This document shows positions 55,161 through 64,000 of a DNA stretch of 64,000 bases, piece by piece; within the stretch, counting starts at the first letter, position 1; each line of letters starts with the position of its first letter. The stretch is taken from the NCBI GenBank assembly GCA_902518895.1, contig CABYHL010000001.1:81038-145037 (forward strand). Reading direction: 5' to 3'. Both the position numbers and the translations under genes were made by a program. The stretch is from an uncultured Alphaproteobacteria bacterium (GTDB lineage: Bacteria; Pseudomonadota; Alphaproteobacteria; HIMB59; GCA-002718135). The notes beneath the pieces were generated by a model. That model searched no databases. It saw only the letters and a program-made list of their open reading frames with translations, and was not told the origin of the DNA.

Positions 55161-56975
55161 GTGGCTAGTGATTTATTATTTTCTCTAAGAGATGTAGAAA
55201 TCAAATTTGGCAAAAAAGTTATTTTCCAAGATCTAAACTTAAATTTACACAAGGGCGATATGATTGCGCTTGTTGGCAAAAATGGTGTTGGCAAAACAAC
55301 ACTTATGAAAACTATAAATGGTGATCAAGATTTAGATGCAGGAGAATTATGGAATTATCCAAATCTAAAAGTTGGATATTTTAATCAGAAATTTGAAAAA
55401 CTAGATAACAAAACCATTGAAGAGAATTTTTCAGACTTACTTAATGAACAAAATAAACATTTTGTTGATATATTTTGCAACAAACTCAATTTAGACAAAT
55501 TTGCTCATGTTGAAGATCTTTCAGGAGGGCAAAAAAGAAAAGTTTATTTAATTCGATCTTTATTAAAAGACTCTGATGTTTTGTTATTAGATGAGCCAAC
55601 CAATCATTTAGATTTGCAATGCATCGAATGGCTAGAAAGTTATTTACGCAATTTAAATAAGACAATTATATGTGTTAGCCATGATCGAACTTTTCTCAGT
55701 AATTTTACCAATAAAGTATTTTGGATAGATAGGGGAAAATTACGAGTAAGTCCTAGTGGATTTAAAAATTTTGATAAATGGTCAGAGGAGTTACTCGATC
55801 AAGAATATAGAGAATTAAGAAATAGAAAACAATTTGTCAACATTGAACTTGAGTGGGCAAATAAAGGAGTAAAGGCGCGAGTTAAGCGAAATGAAAAAAG
55901 ATTAAAAAGAGCGAAAGAATTAAAAGCGCAATTAGAAAAAGATGAAGCTTCTTATAGAAGTGCAATTAAATCTTTAAGACCTCAAGTTTCTAAAAAATCT
56001 ACTGATCAATCTAAATTTATTGCTGAGCTCCAAGAAGTATTCGTAAAATATCCTAATCAAAGTGAATTTGTTTTTAAAAATCTATCCATAAAAATTTCAA
56101 AAAATGATCGTATTGGTCTTTTAGGTAATAATGGGAGTGGTAAATCAACTTTTCTTCGTACAATTCTTAATGAAATAAAAATTTCTAAAGGTAAAATTAA
56201 GTTGAAAAAAAATTTAGAATTTTCTTATTTTGATCAAATGCGTAATGATCTTAATGGTAGAAAATCTATTAAAGATATTTTAGTTCCCTCTGGAGGAGAC
56301 TATTTAAAGGTTCAAGGAAGAGACAGGCATGTCTGTAGCTATGTGAAAGATTTTCAGTTTGATCCTAAAAATGTTAACCATACGATACAAACATTATCGG
56401 GAGGAGAGCAAAACAGGCTACTTTTAGCAAAAGTATTAGCTAATCCCAAAACTGGACTTATATTAGATGAGCCAACAAATGATCTAGATTTAGAGACGCT
56501 AGATCTTTTAACTGAGATGTTATCAAATTATAATGGAACATTACTAATTGTATCGCATGACCGAGATTTTTTAGATCAAACTGTAAATAAGATTTTACAT
56601 TTTAAAGAGGATGGAAATGTATCATTGTTTTTTGGTGGATACAGTGATTTTTTGAAATCTGAAAATCAACAAGTAGCTAAAAATAAAGAAACTAAAAAAT
56701 CACTTACAGAAAACAATAAAGTAAAGAATTCAAAATCTAAATTATCATATAAGTTTCAATATGAATTAGAACAACTTCCAAGCCAAATAAAAAATATTCA
56801 ACAAGAATTAGAAGATATTAAAAATGAATTGAAGGATACAAATTTATATTTAGAAAATTTTGAACGATATCAAGAAATAACTTCCAAAATGGAAGTTCTG
56901 AATAGTGACCTTAATACAAAAGAGAATAGATGGTTTGAATTAATTAAAATGGAAGAAGATTTAGTTAGTAATTGA
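55161..56975 (+). CDS. ABC-F family ATPase (Uup-like, no membrane domain), GTG start
   Basis: Two NBDs (GKNGVGKTT / LSGGQKRKV; GNNGSGKST / LSGGEQNRL), charged linker and C-terminal coiled-coil-like tail. Confidence 0.88.
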   Translation: MASDLLFSLRDVEIKFGKKVIFQDLNLNLHKGDMIALVGKNGVGKTTLMKTINGDQDLDAGELWNYPNLKVGYFNQKFEKLDNKTIEENFSDLLNEQNKHFVDIFCNKLNLDKFAHVEDLSGGQKRKVYLIRSLLKDSDVLLLDEPTNHLDLQCIEWLESYLRNLNKTIICVSHDRTFLSNFTNKVFWIDRGKLRVSPSGFKNFDKWSEELLDQEYRELRNRKQFVNIELEWANKGVKARVKRNEKRLKRAKELKAQLEKDEASYRSAIKSLRPQVSKKSTDQSKFIAELQEVFVKYPNQSEFVFKNLSIKISKNDRIGLLGNNGSGKSTFLRTILNEIKISKGKIKLKKNLEFSYFDQMRNDLNGRKSIKDILVPSGGDYLKVQGRDRHVCSYVKDFQFDPKNVNHTIQTLSGGEQNRLLLAKVLANPKTGLILDEPTNDLDLETLDLLTEMLSNYNGTLLIVSHDRDFLDQTVNKILHFKEDGNVSLFFGGYSDFLKSENQQVAKNKETKKSLTENNKVKNSKSKLSYKFQYELEQLPSQIKNIQQELEDIKNELKDTNLYLENFERYQEITSKMEVLNSDLNTKENRWFELIKMEEDLVSN

Positions 56976-56982
56976 GTGACTA

Positions 56983-57783
56983 TTAATATGCGCTTGTATT
57001 ATCAGATTTAGTATCCACATCTTTCAATTTTTTTAATAAACTTTCAGCATGAGATGACATAATTCTGAAATCTGATAATAAACTTGTAAATTGAAATCCA
57101 ATTTCAATCATTTCTTTTAAATATTGAACCGAGCCATTATGAATACCTGCAATCTTGCCTTTATCTCTAGCTTTTTTTACAATCATTTTTATATTTGAAA
57201 AAACTGGATCCTCTTTAACATCAAACTTAGGCGGTAAACCATAAGAAGAACTCATATCTGCAGGTCCAATGTAAATACCTGTTAAATTTGGAACTGAAAG
57301 AATGGCATCTAAATTATCAACCGCTTCTTTAGTTTCAATCATTGCCAAACTTATTATATTTTTATTTGCGTGCTGATAGTAATCTGATCCATAAGCAACC
57401 TGCGCCCTCATTGGACCAAAACTTCTTTGACCAATAGGAGGATAATAACAATAAGATACAAATTTTTCGCAATCCTCTTTTGTATTTATCATTGGAGCAA
57501 TTATTCCTAATACCCCAAGGTCTAACATTTTCATTATTATACCAGGTTCACTCCATGGAACTCTTGTAAGAGGAACTGCTGTGCCATTTGCAAGTGCTTG
57601 TATCATGGAGATAGAGGTTGAGTAGTCATTTTGACCATGTTGTAAATCTATAGTCACTGAATCCCAGCCCATTTTTCCAAATGCTTCAGCTGTAAATGAA
57701 TTTGGTATAGATAACCAACCATTAATTGCAGCCTCACCGTTACTCCATATTTCAATTAATTTATTTTTCATTGCATTTAACAT
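56983..57783 (-). CDS. HpcH/HpaI family 2-keto-3-deoxy-acid aldolase
   Basis: GWDSVTIDLQHG, MIETKEAVDNLDAI, IGPADMS motifs of class II pyruvate aldolases. Confidence 0.8.
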   Translation of the reverse strand: MLNAMKNKLIEIWSNGEAAINGWLSIPNSFTAEAFGKMGWDSVTIDLQHGQNDYSTSISMIQALANGTAVPLTRVPWSEPGIIMKMLDLGVLGIIAPMINTKEDCEKFVSYCYYPPIGQRSFGPMRAQVAYGSDYYQHANKNIISLAMIETKEAVDNLDAILSVPNLTGIYIGPADMSSSYGLPPKFDVKEDPVFSNIKMIVKKARDKGKIAGIHNGSVQYLKEMIEIGFQFTSLLSDFRIMSSHAESLLKKLKDVDTKSDNTSAY

Positions 57784-57927
57784 TAATATTTTTTTTATAA
57801 AAATACTATTAAAAATAAATTCTAATATTTATTTAATTGGTCATTTTAGGATATTTATTGACACATTTGTAATATCAACTTGCAGTGATACTAAATTTCT
57901 TTAAAGTATTATATAAATGGAGGAATT

Positions 57928-59256
57928 ATGATGAAAACATTAGTAAGTTTTGTTTCTGCTATAATCATATCTGTATCTTTTTCTGCTTTTTCAAAAACTA
58001 AAGTTACTTGGTCAATGGAATCTAATGCGGATAGAGATCCTATATTTTTAGAAAAGTTACAAAATGCATATAATAGTGCTCAAGATAAGTATGAATTAGA
58101 AATTCAATTTGAGCCAAATGAAACACGTATAGAATCACTACGTACATCAATGCTAGCTGGAATGGGTCCTGATATTGTTGAAACACCTGGTCCTTCTTAT
58201 GTAAAAGAATATCAAGAAGCAGGCATGTTAGAAAATCTTGATTCATATGCAGCCGAATTTGGATGGAAAGATAAATTAATTCCATGGGCTTATAGTTCAG
58301 GAGTTTTTGATGGCAGTTTATATGCTATTCCTAAAACTCATGAGTCAATGGTAATGCTTTATAATAAAACTCTTTTTGAAGAAAATGGATGGAAAGTTCC
58401 AACTACACTAGAAGAATTAGAAGATGTAGCTGGAAAGATTAAAGCTAAAGGTATGGATGTTTATACATATGGTTCTTCTGGTTGGCAGCCAACCCATGAA
58501 CATTTAGTTGGAATTTATTTAAACAATTATGCTGGTCCTCAAGCTGTTTACGAAGCAATTACTGGTGAAAGAGAATGGACTGATCCAGTATTTGTTGAGG
58601 CTTTAGAACTTCTTAAAAAACATATGGTTGATGAAGGCTGGTGGTCTGGAAGTTTAGAAAACTACTATGCTATTGGCTGGGATGATTTCCATGCACAATT
58701 TGCTACTCGTGGAGCAGCTATGATGACTATTGGAACTTGGACATTCCAAGCAACAAGTTTAGGTATTGGTCAATCTGGTGATGAATGGGGCTGGGCTCCT
58801 TTACCATCTCTATCATCTAACTCAGGTGGACCAAACTTTATGATTGCAATTGGTACTACAATGTCAGTAAATGCTGCTGCAAAAAATAAAGATGGTGCAA
58901 TTGATGTTTTAAATTGGATTATGTCTAATAAAGATGTCGTAATTGATATTGCTAGTGACTTCCAATTTGGAGAGTTCGTAGTACCACTATTACTTGATGA
59001 TAGTGATATTCCTAGCACAATATCTCCTCAAGTAACTAGTTACTTAAATGAGTACGCTAGAATTACAGGAGAAGGTAATTATGGATATTGTACATGGACT
59101 TTTTGGCCAGCTGAGCCAGGAGTTCATATCTGGAAAGATATGGAAGTTGTATGGGCAGGTGATATATCTGTAGAAGACTTCATGTATGATCATCAAAAAA
59201 TGTGGGATAAGGCAAGAAAGAAAAATGAAACGTTGCCTGTTCCATTAAGAGACTAA
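57928..59256 (+). CDS. ABC sugar transporter periplasmic substrate-binding protein (family 1)
   Basis: Signal peptide MMKTLVSFVSAIIISVSFSAFS. The 16 nt AAATGGAGGAATTATG (Shine-Dalgarno through start codon) are identical to those of the SBP gene at 5488. Confidence 0.85.
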   Translation: MMKTLVSFVSAIIISVSFSAFSKTKVTWSMESNADRDPIFLEKLQNAYNSAQDKYELEIQFEPNETRIESLRTSMLAGMGPDIVETPGPSYVKEYQEAGMLENLDSYAAEFGWKDKLIPWAYSSGVFDGSLYAIPKTHESMVMLYNKTLFEENGWKVPTTLEELEDVAGKIKAKGMDVYTYGSSGWQPTHEHLVGIYLNNYAGPQAVYEAITGEREWTDPVFVEALELLKKHMVDEGWWSGSLENYYAIGWDDFHAQFATRGAAMMTIGTWTFQATSLGIGQSGDEWGWAPLPSLSSNSGGPNFMIAIGTTMSVNAAAKNKDGAIDVLNWIMSNKDVVIDIASDFQFGEFVVPLLLDDSDIPSTISPQVTSYLNEYARITGEGNYGYCTWTFWPAEPGVHIWKDMEVVWAGDISVEDFMYDHQKMWDKARKKNETLPVPLRD

Positions 59257-59266
59257 TATATATTTT

Positions 59267-59297
59267 AAAAACGAAGCTCTTTGAGCTTCGTTTTTTT
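59267..59297 (+). terminator. Rho-independent-type terminator/attenuator between the SBP and permease genes
   Basis: ACGAAGCTC-TTT-GAGCTTCGT followed by TTTTTTT. Starts 11 nt after the SBP stop; permease genes follow 26 nt later. Confidence 0.7.
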
Positions 59298-59322
59298 ATA
59301 ATTTTCTTTTAAATATAATTTA

Positions 59323-60198
59323 ATGAATCTTTTATCTAAAAAAAGTTACATTGCTTGGTATTTTGTAATACCAGTAGTATTTATTCATTTATTTGTAATA
59401 GGTATTCCATCTATTTTAAGCCTTGCATTATGTCTTACCGATTGGAGTGGATTAGGTAAAATAAATTACGTCGGTTTTGAAAACTTTATAGAACTCTTTG
59501 ATGATAGATATTTTAAAAAAGCTATTTTCCATAATATTTTATGGACAATTATTTTTTTAACTGTTCCTGTTTGTATAGCACTTATGTGTGCATATTTACT
59601 TACTGGAATTAAACGTGGGCAAATGTTTTATCGTTTAGCTTTCTTTTTTCCTTATATGCTTGCAAGTGTAGTTAATTGTCAAATTTGGAAATATCTTTTC
59701 CATCCTATTCATGGATTAGGTGGTTTTTTTGAGTCTATAGGAATAGAAGCTTTAGCTTCTTCACCTTTTACTACAAAAGAAACTTCACTTTATGCTGCTG
59801 CTTTTGTGGATGGTTGGCATTTTTGGGGATTTTTAGTCGTGATATATTTAACTGGAATGTATCAAGTTGACAATCATTTATATGAAGCGGCCGATATAGA
59901 AGGTGCCAGCAAGTTTCAAAAATTTAGGTACATAACTTTACCCATGATTAGACCAATTTTTATTTTTAGTCTTATGATTATAATTATTTGGTCAGTACCC
60001 GTATTTGATTATGTTTATATTCTAACTGGAGGTGGGCCCGCATACAGTTCAGAAGTTGTTGCTAATTATCTTTATACCCATGCTTTTGTTAGATTTAATG
60101 TTGGCTATGCATCTGCAGTTGGAACTTTAATGTTTATTTATGTAATATTTATCGTTGGTATATTTGGTCTTTTAAGAAAATTAGGTTGGGAAATATAA
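59323..60198 (+). CDS. ABC sugar transporter permease, MalF/UgpA type
   Basis: EAA loop LYEAADIEGASKFQKFRYITLPM. Confidence 0.88.
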   Translation: MNLLSKKSYIAWYFVIPVVFIHLFVIGIPSILSLALCLTDWSGLGKINYVGFENFIELFDDRYFKKAIFHNILWTIIFLTVPVCIALMCAYLLTGIKRGQMFYRLAFFFPYMLASVVNCQIWKYLFHPIHGLGGFFESIGIEALASSPFTTKETSLYAAAFVDGWHFWGFLVVIYLTGMYQVDNHLYEAADIEGASKFQKFRYITLPMIRPIFIFSLMIIIIWSVPVFDYVYILTGGGPAYSSEVVANYLYTHAFVRFNVGYASAVGTLMFIYVIFIVGIFGLLRKLGWEI

Positions 60199-61035
60199 AT
60201 GTTAGTTTCAAATTTTAGAAGAAAAGAAGCAATACCAAATCATTTTATATTAATTTTATTTGCACTTTTAGCTGTACTACCAATTTTAGTTTTATTTTTT
60301 AACTCTATTAAACCTTTTAGTGAGTTTGGCTTAAATCCTCTAGGCCCTCCATCTGAAATTAGGTTACAAAATTTTCCAGATGCTTGGATAGCTGGAGAAT
60401 ATACAAAAATTTTTTTTAATTCTGCAAAACTTGTTTTTGGATCAGTCTTATTATGTCTGGCTGTTTCTTTGTTAGCTGGTTTTAGTTTAGCAAAATTAAA
60501 CCCAAAAGGATCAACTGTAATAGCAATATATTTATTAGTTGGTATTAGCATACCTGCTCAGCTTTACATACTTCCCTTGTTTCTACTTTGGAAAGAGTTA
60601 AGTTTATTAAATACACATGTTGGACTAATAATTATATATTCTGCATTAAATGCTCCTTTTGCAACATTTTTAATTAGATCTTATATGATTAGACTTCCAG
60701 ATGAATTATTTGATGCTGCAAAACTTGATGGCGCTAATACATTTCAAATTTTTTTTAGAATAGCATTACCATTATCATGGCCGGTTATATTAACTGCTGG
60801 TTTAATAATTGGATTAGCAGTTTGGAATGAATTTTTATTTGCTCTTACCTTTATCACTGATCCAAATTTTAAACCAATGGCTACAATTCTATTTTCATTT
60901 CAAGCTAGATTTGAAAATAATTATGCTTTACAGAGTGCAGCTGCTATAATGATGGTAGCTCCTATTGCAGTTTTATTCATGTTGTTCCAAAGAAGATTTA
61001 TTTCAGGATTAACAAGTGGAGGATTAAAAGAATAA
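60199..61035 (+). CDS. ABC sugar transporter permease, MalG/UgpE type
   Basis: EAA loop LFDAAKLDGANTFQIFFRIALPL. Abuts the upstream gene with no gap. Confidence 0.88.
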   Translation: MLVSNFRRKEAIPNHFILILFALLAVLPILVLFFNSIKPFSEFGLNPLGPPSEIRLQNFPDAWIAGEYTKIFFNSAKLVFGSVLLCLAVSLLAGFSLAKLNPKGSTVIAIYLLVGISIPAQLYILPLFLLWKELSLLNTHVGLIIIYSALNAPFATFLIRSYMIRLPDELFDAAKLDGANTFQIFFRIALPLSWPVILTAGLIIGLAVWNEFLFALTFITDPNFKPMATILFSFQARFENNYALQSAAAIMMVAPIAVLFMLFQRRFISGLTSGGLKE

Positions 61036-63197
61036 TGACTTTTAAATTAGATAAAAATTTTGAGGAAAAGGTGTACGCAGGTGTATTAGGTAAAATAATT
61101 GGTGTATTTCTTGGACGTCCATTTGAAGGTTGGTCTTATGAAAGAATAATGAAGGAATTGGGACCTATAAATTATTATGTAAATGAAAAATTAGATTTTC
61201 CCTTACCTGTCTCCGATGATGACATTACTGGTACATTTACCTTTTTACGTGCTTTTAGAGAGTGCAATTTTGAAAAAAATATTACTGCTAAAGATATAGG
61301 TAAAACGTGGTTAAATAATATTATTGAGGATAAAACAATTCTATGGTGGGGAGGAAAAGGACATTCAGCAGAAGACACAGCTTTTCAAAATTTAAAGCAG
61401 GGTATCGATGCACCTGATAGTGGTTCAATAAAAACTAATGGTAAGATAATTGCTGAACAAATAGGAGCTCAAATTTTTATTGATGGTTGGGCTATGGTAG
61501 CACCTGGTGATCCAGAAAGAGCAGTTCATTATGCTAAACTTGCTGCAAGTGTTAGTCATGATGGAGAGGCAATTTATGGTGCTCAAGTTGTAGCTGCTCT
61601 AGAGTCAATGGCTTTTGTCGAGAGTGATTTAGCAAAGTTAGTTGAGCAAGCTAAAAAATTTATTCCAGATGATTCCGTAATATTTAGATTAATATCTGAC
61701 ATACAAGAATGGCGATCAGGAAATTTAGGTTGGGAACAAGCAAGAGAAAAAATTGCTGAGAATTATGGATATGATAAATATTTAGGTAACTGTCATATGG
61801 TGCCCAACCATGCTTTAATTATTATGGCTTTATTATTTGGAGATGATGATTTTCAAAAAACTATGATGATTGTGAACACAGCAGGTTGGGACACAGATTG
61901 TAATTCAGGAAATGTTGGTTGTATTTTAGGAATTAAAAATGGAATAGAAGGACTAAAATCAGGTCCTGATTATTTGTCTCCTATCAATGATATTTTATAT
62001 TGCCCCTCTGCATCAGGAGGTGAAACACTTACTGACGCACTGACAGAAACTTATAAAATAATTAATACAACTAGAAAAATTAATGGTTTAGAAGAAAATT
62101 TACCTAAAAATGGAGCTAGATTTCATTTTGACATTAAAGAGTCAACACAAGGTTGGCGAACAAGAGTTGGAAATAATTTTTGTGAAACAAAAATCAGTAA
62201 TGTTGAATACAAATCTTCATTAGGAGAAAGAGGTTTAAAAATTGCATATAAAAATCTTTCAGAAGATTTAACTTCAGAAGTTTATGTAGAAACATTTTTT
62301 CCTGAGGTTATTTTAGATTTAAAAGGAAAAAAAAGAGATGATTTCTTTCATTACGATTATATTTCTTGTCCAACTATTTTTCCAGGTCAGAAAGTAACTT
62401 TGGAAATAGAAAATATATTTTCTCATGAAATCTCAATCACATTATTCTCAAAATATTGGGGTGAAAATGATAAACTCCAAAAGAATTCTTCAAATATTTT
62501 TAATTTAAGTGGAAATGAAAAAAAACAAATATCTTGGAATGTGCCTGACACTAGCTCAAACCCTATTGGTCAAATCGGCTTTAATATCGCATCAAAGGAA
62601 AAAAAAGATGGAGAAGTTGTTATTAACTACGTCAATTTTGAAGGAGAACCGAAACAAATATTTAAAAGACCTGATCACGTAGAAAATTATCAAAGAGGTA
62701 AAGAAAAAAAAGAGGGTTACTATGGTGAAATTTGGAGAAATGCATGGGTTCAATCATTAGACAAATGGGAAAAGAGAGGTAAAAATTTTAGAATTTGCCA
62801 AAATAATGGTAGGGGAATTTTATTTACTGGAACAGATATATGGAGAAATTATTCAATTGCATCAAATATTATGTTGCAGTCTAGTAACTCTGGAGGAATA
62901 GTATCAAGAGTCCAAGGTGTAAATAAATACTACACCTTTGAAATTTGTAAAGGCAACAAGTTACGCATTGGAAAGATGAATAATGATTATAAAATATTAA
63001 AAGAAGAAGAATTTGGTGTAGAATTTTTTAAAGAATATAATTTAAAAATGACAGTAATAAAAAATAAAATTATTGGACACATTAATGATAAAATTATTAT
63101 TGAAGTTGAGGATGATCATTCTCCTTTTCTTAACGGTGGAGCAGGTTTAGTTGTTGATAGCGGGACTTTAGTAACAGAACAGATAATCTTAAATTAA
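61035..63197 (+). CDS. ADP-ribosylglycohydrolase (ARH/DraG)-fold domain fused to two C-terminal beta-sandwich-like modules (720 aa)
   Basis: N-terminal ~330 aa carry ARH-family motifs (GVLGKIIGVFLGRPFEGW, SDDDITGT, AGWDTDCNSGNVG). The last ~150 aa (GGIVSRVQGVNKYYTFEI...GGAGLVVDSG) resemble a ConA/LamG-like jelly roll. TAATG overlap with the permease gene. No signal peptide. Confidence 0.7.
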   Translation: MTFKLDKNFEEKVYAGVLGKIIGVFLGRPFEGWSYERIMKELGPINYYVNEKLDFPLPVSDDDITGTFTFLRAFRECNFEKNITAKDIGKTWLNNIIEDKTILWWGGKGHSAEDTAFQNLKQGIDAPDSGSIKTNGKIIAEQIGAQIFIDGWAMVAPGDPERAVHYAKLAASVSHDGEAIYGAQVVAALESMAFVESDLAKLVEQAKKFIPDDSVIFRLISDIQEWRSGNLGWEQAREKIAENYGYDKYLGNCHMVPNHALIIMALLFGDDDFQKTMMIVNTAGWDTDCNSGNVGCILGIKNGIEGLKSGPDYLSPINDILYCPSASGGETLTDALTETYKIINTTRKINGLEENLPKNGARFHFDIKESTQGWRTRVGNNFCETKISNVEYKSSLGERGLKIAYKNLSEDLTSEVYVETFFPEVILDLKGKKRDDFFHYDYISCPTIFPGQKVTLEIENIFSHEISITLFSKYWGENDKLQKNSSNIFNLSGNEKKQISWNVPDTSSNPIGQIGFNIASKEKKDGEVVINYVNFEGEPKQIFKRPDHVENYQRGKEKKEGYYGEIWRNAWVQSLDKWEKRGKNFRICQNNGRGILFTGTDIWRNYSIASNIMLQSSNSGGIVSRVQGVNKYYTFEICKGNKLRIGKMNNDYKILKEEEFGVEFFKEYNLKMTVIKNKIIGHINDKIIIEVEDDHSPFLNGGAGLVVDSGTLVTEQIILN

Positions 63198-63200
63198 AGT

Positions 63201-64000
63201 ATGAAATATAGAAAATTTGGCTCTCTTGATTGGAATGTATCTGAAATAGGTTTAGGCTGTTGGCAGATTGGCGCTGATTGGGGAAAGGTTAGTGAAGAGA
63301 AGGCAAATGAAGTATTACAATCATCATTTGAAAATGGAGTAAACTTTTTTGATACAGCTGATGTATATGGTGATGGTAGAAGTGAAAAATTTGTGGGAAA
63401 TTTTATAAATTCTATTTCCGAGAGAATTTATGTAGCAACAAAAGCTGGTAGACGTATTAACCCACACGTTGCAAATGGTTATTATGATAAAGATTTAATG
63501 GAGTCATTTGTAGACCGATCATTATCAAATCTAAATATTGAAACTATTGATCTTTTACAAATGCATTGTCCTCCAACAGAAGTTTATTCATCAGATAATA
63601 CTTTTGAAATGTTAGATTACTTGGTAGGTAAAGGAAAAATACAAAATTATGGGTTTAGTGTTGAAACAGTTAATCAAGCTTTAAAATGCATACAAAAACC
63701 TAATACAAAATCAATTCAAGTTATATTTAATATTTTTAGACAAAAACCTGCAGAAGAATTATTTAAAATTGCAAAAGAAAAAAAAGTAGCAATCATAGTT
63801 AGAGTTCCTCTCGCTAGTGGTTTATTATCAGGAAAATTTGATAAAAATTCTTCCTTTGCACCTGATGATCATCGAAATTATAATATCAACGGTGATGCAT
63901 TTGATGTTGGTGAAACATTCTCCGGTGTTAATTATTCAAAAGCATTGGAAGCAGTTGAAGATCTAAAAAATATTATTCCCAGTGAAATAACTCTCTCTCA
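63201..64000 (+). CDS. Aldo/keto reductase (3'-truncated by window end)
   Basis: MKYRKFGSLDWNVSEIGLGCWQIG, FFDTADVYGDGRSE. Frame stays open to nt 64000. Not in the ORF track because it lacks a stop. Confidence 0.82.
   Translation, partial: MKYRKFGSLDWNVSEIGLGCWQIGADWGKVSEEKANEVLQSSFENGVNFFDTADVYGDGRSEKFVGNFINSISERIYVATKAGRRINPHVANGYYDKDLMESFVDRSLSNLNIETIDLLQMHCPPTEVYSSDNTFEMLDYLVGKGKIQNYGFSVETVNQALKCIQKPNTKSIQVIFNIFRQKPAEELFKIAKEKKVAIIVRVPLASGLLSGKFDKNSSFAPDDHRNYNINGDAFDVGETFSGVNYSKALEAVEDLKNIIPSEITLS

Noticed and set aside
57850-57900. TTGACA with an imperfect inverted repeat TAATATC-N10-GATACTA upstream of the SBP gene at 57928, considered as a promoter/operator
   Set aside because: There is no acceptable -10 element at 15-19 nt spacing, and the inverted repeat has a mismatch in a 7-nt A/T-rich arm. 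The evidence is too weak to call.
1-64000. CRISPR arrays, rRNA genes, insertion sequences, prophage, toxin-antitoxin or known defence-system genes
   Set aside because: Scanning both strands, I saw no spaced direct-repeat array, no rRNA-like conserved blocks, and no transposase, integrase, reverse transcriptase, nuclease-helicase or small TA-pair signatures.

Overview
The window is very AT-rich (roughly 30% GC by eye) and extremely gene-dense: about 62 protein genes, one tRNA, and spacers mostly 0-80 nt with many ATGA/TAATG overlaps. I found no transposase, integrase, phage, CRISPR or rRNA signal. The style and content (ClpS-ClpA, PdxJ, many periplasmic-binding-protein ABC importers) fit a streamlined marine alphaproteobacterium of the SAR11/Pelagibacterales type; the sugar-transporter richness resembles HIMB59/AEGEAN-169-like lineages. 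That placement is inference only.

Gene content, in order:
- 3-13028: amino-sugar (GlcNAc/chitobiose-type) locus with a GH20 hexosaminidase, a CUT1 ABC importer carrying a tandemly duplicated MalG-type permease, NagA, a SIS-type GlcN6P deaminase, a GMC oxidoreductase, an enolase-superfamily dehydratase and a HAD phosphatase.
- 13-16 kb: small C3/glycerol module (glycerate-kinase-like P-loop kinase, YihX-like HAD, short GlpD).
- 16.3-22.1 kb: LacI-controlled CUT1 importer carrying the only MalK-type ATPase in the window.
- 22.1-36 kb: block bracketed by two membrane desaturase paralogues. It holds a PhyH dioxygenase, a degenerate PanB-like protein, an atypical CUT1 importer, a ThuA/ThuB-like pair, a CUT2 monosaccharide importer and an aldehyde dehydrogenase.
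- 36-47 kb: housekeeping genes (ugd, phosphomannomutase, PBP5-SPOR carboxypeptidase, clpS-clpA, RidA, cyclophilin, M19 dipeptidase, LysE, pdxJ).
- 47.5-55 kb: glutathione/xenobiotic-looking neighbourhood around tRNA-Thr, with sigma-like and mu-like Tyr-type GSTs, a kappa/HCCA-isomerase-like protein, a serine hydrolase, an MFS transporter and a three-gene cassette of ferredoxin-like-fold proteins.
- 55-64 kb: ABC-F ATPase, HpcH aldolase, and a fifth sugar importer operon ending in a 720-aa ADP-ribosylglycohydrolase-fold fusion protein and an aldo/keto reductase cut by the window end.

Most worth following up:
- the uncharacterised tandem-domain cassette at 51785-53345;
- the ARH-fold fusion enzyme inside a sugar operon;
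- the eukaryote-type GSTs;
- the importer with a DUF11-like loop insertion, led by a PanB-like protein lacking the PanB metal-ligand motifs;
- gene-conversion tracts between the duplicated permeases;
- a structured 195-nt convergent spacer containing a micro-ORF with a perfect Shine-Dalgarno.

All functional calls rest on motifs recognised by eye. No database search was run.
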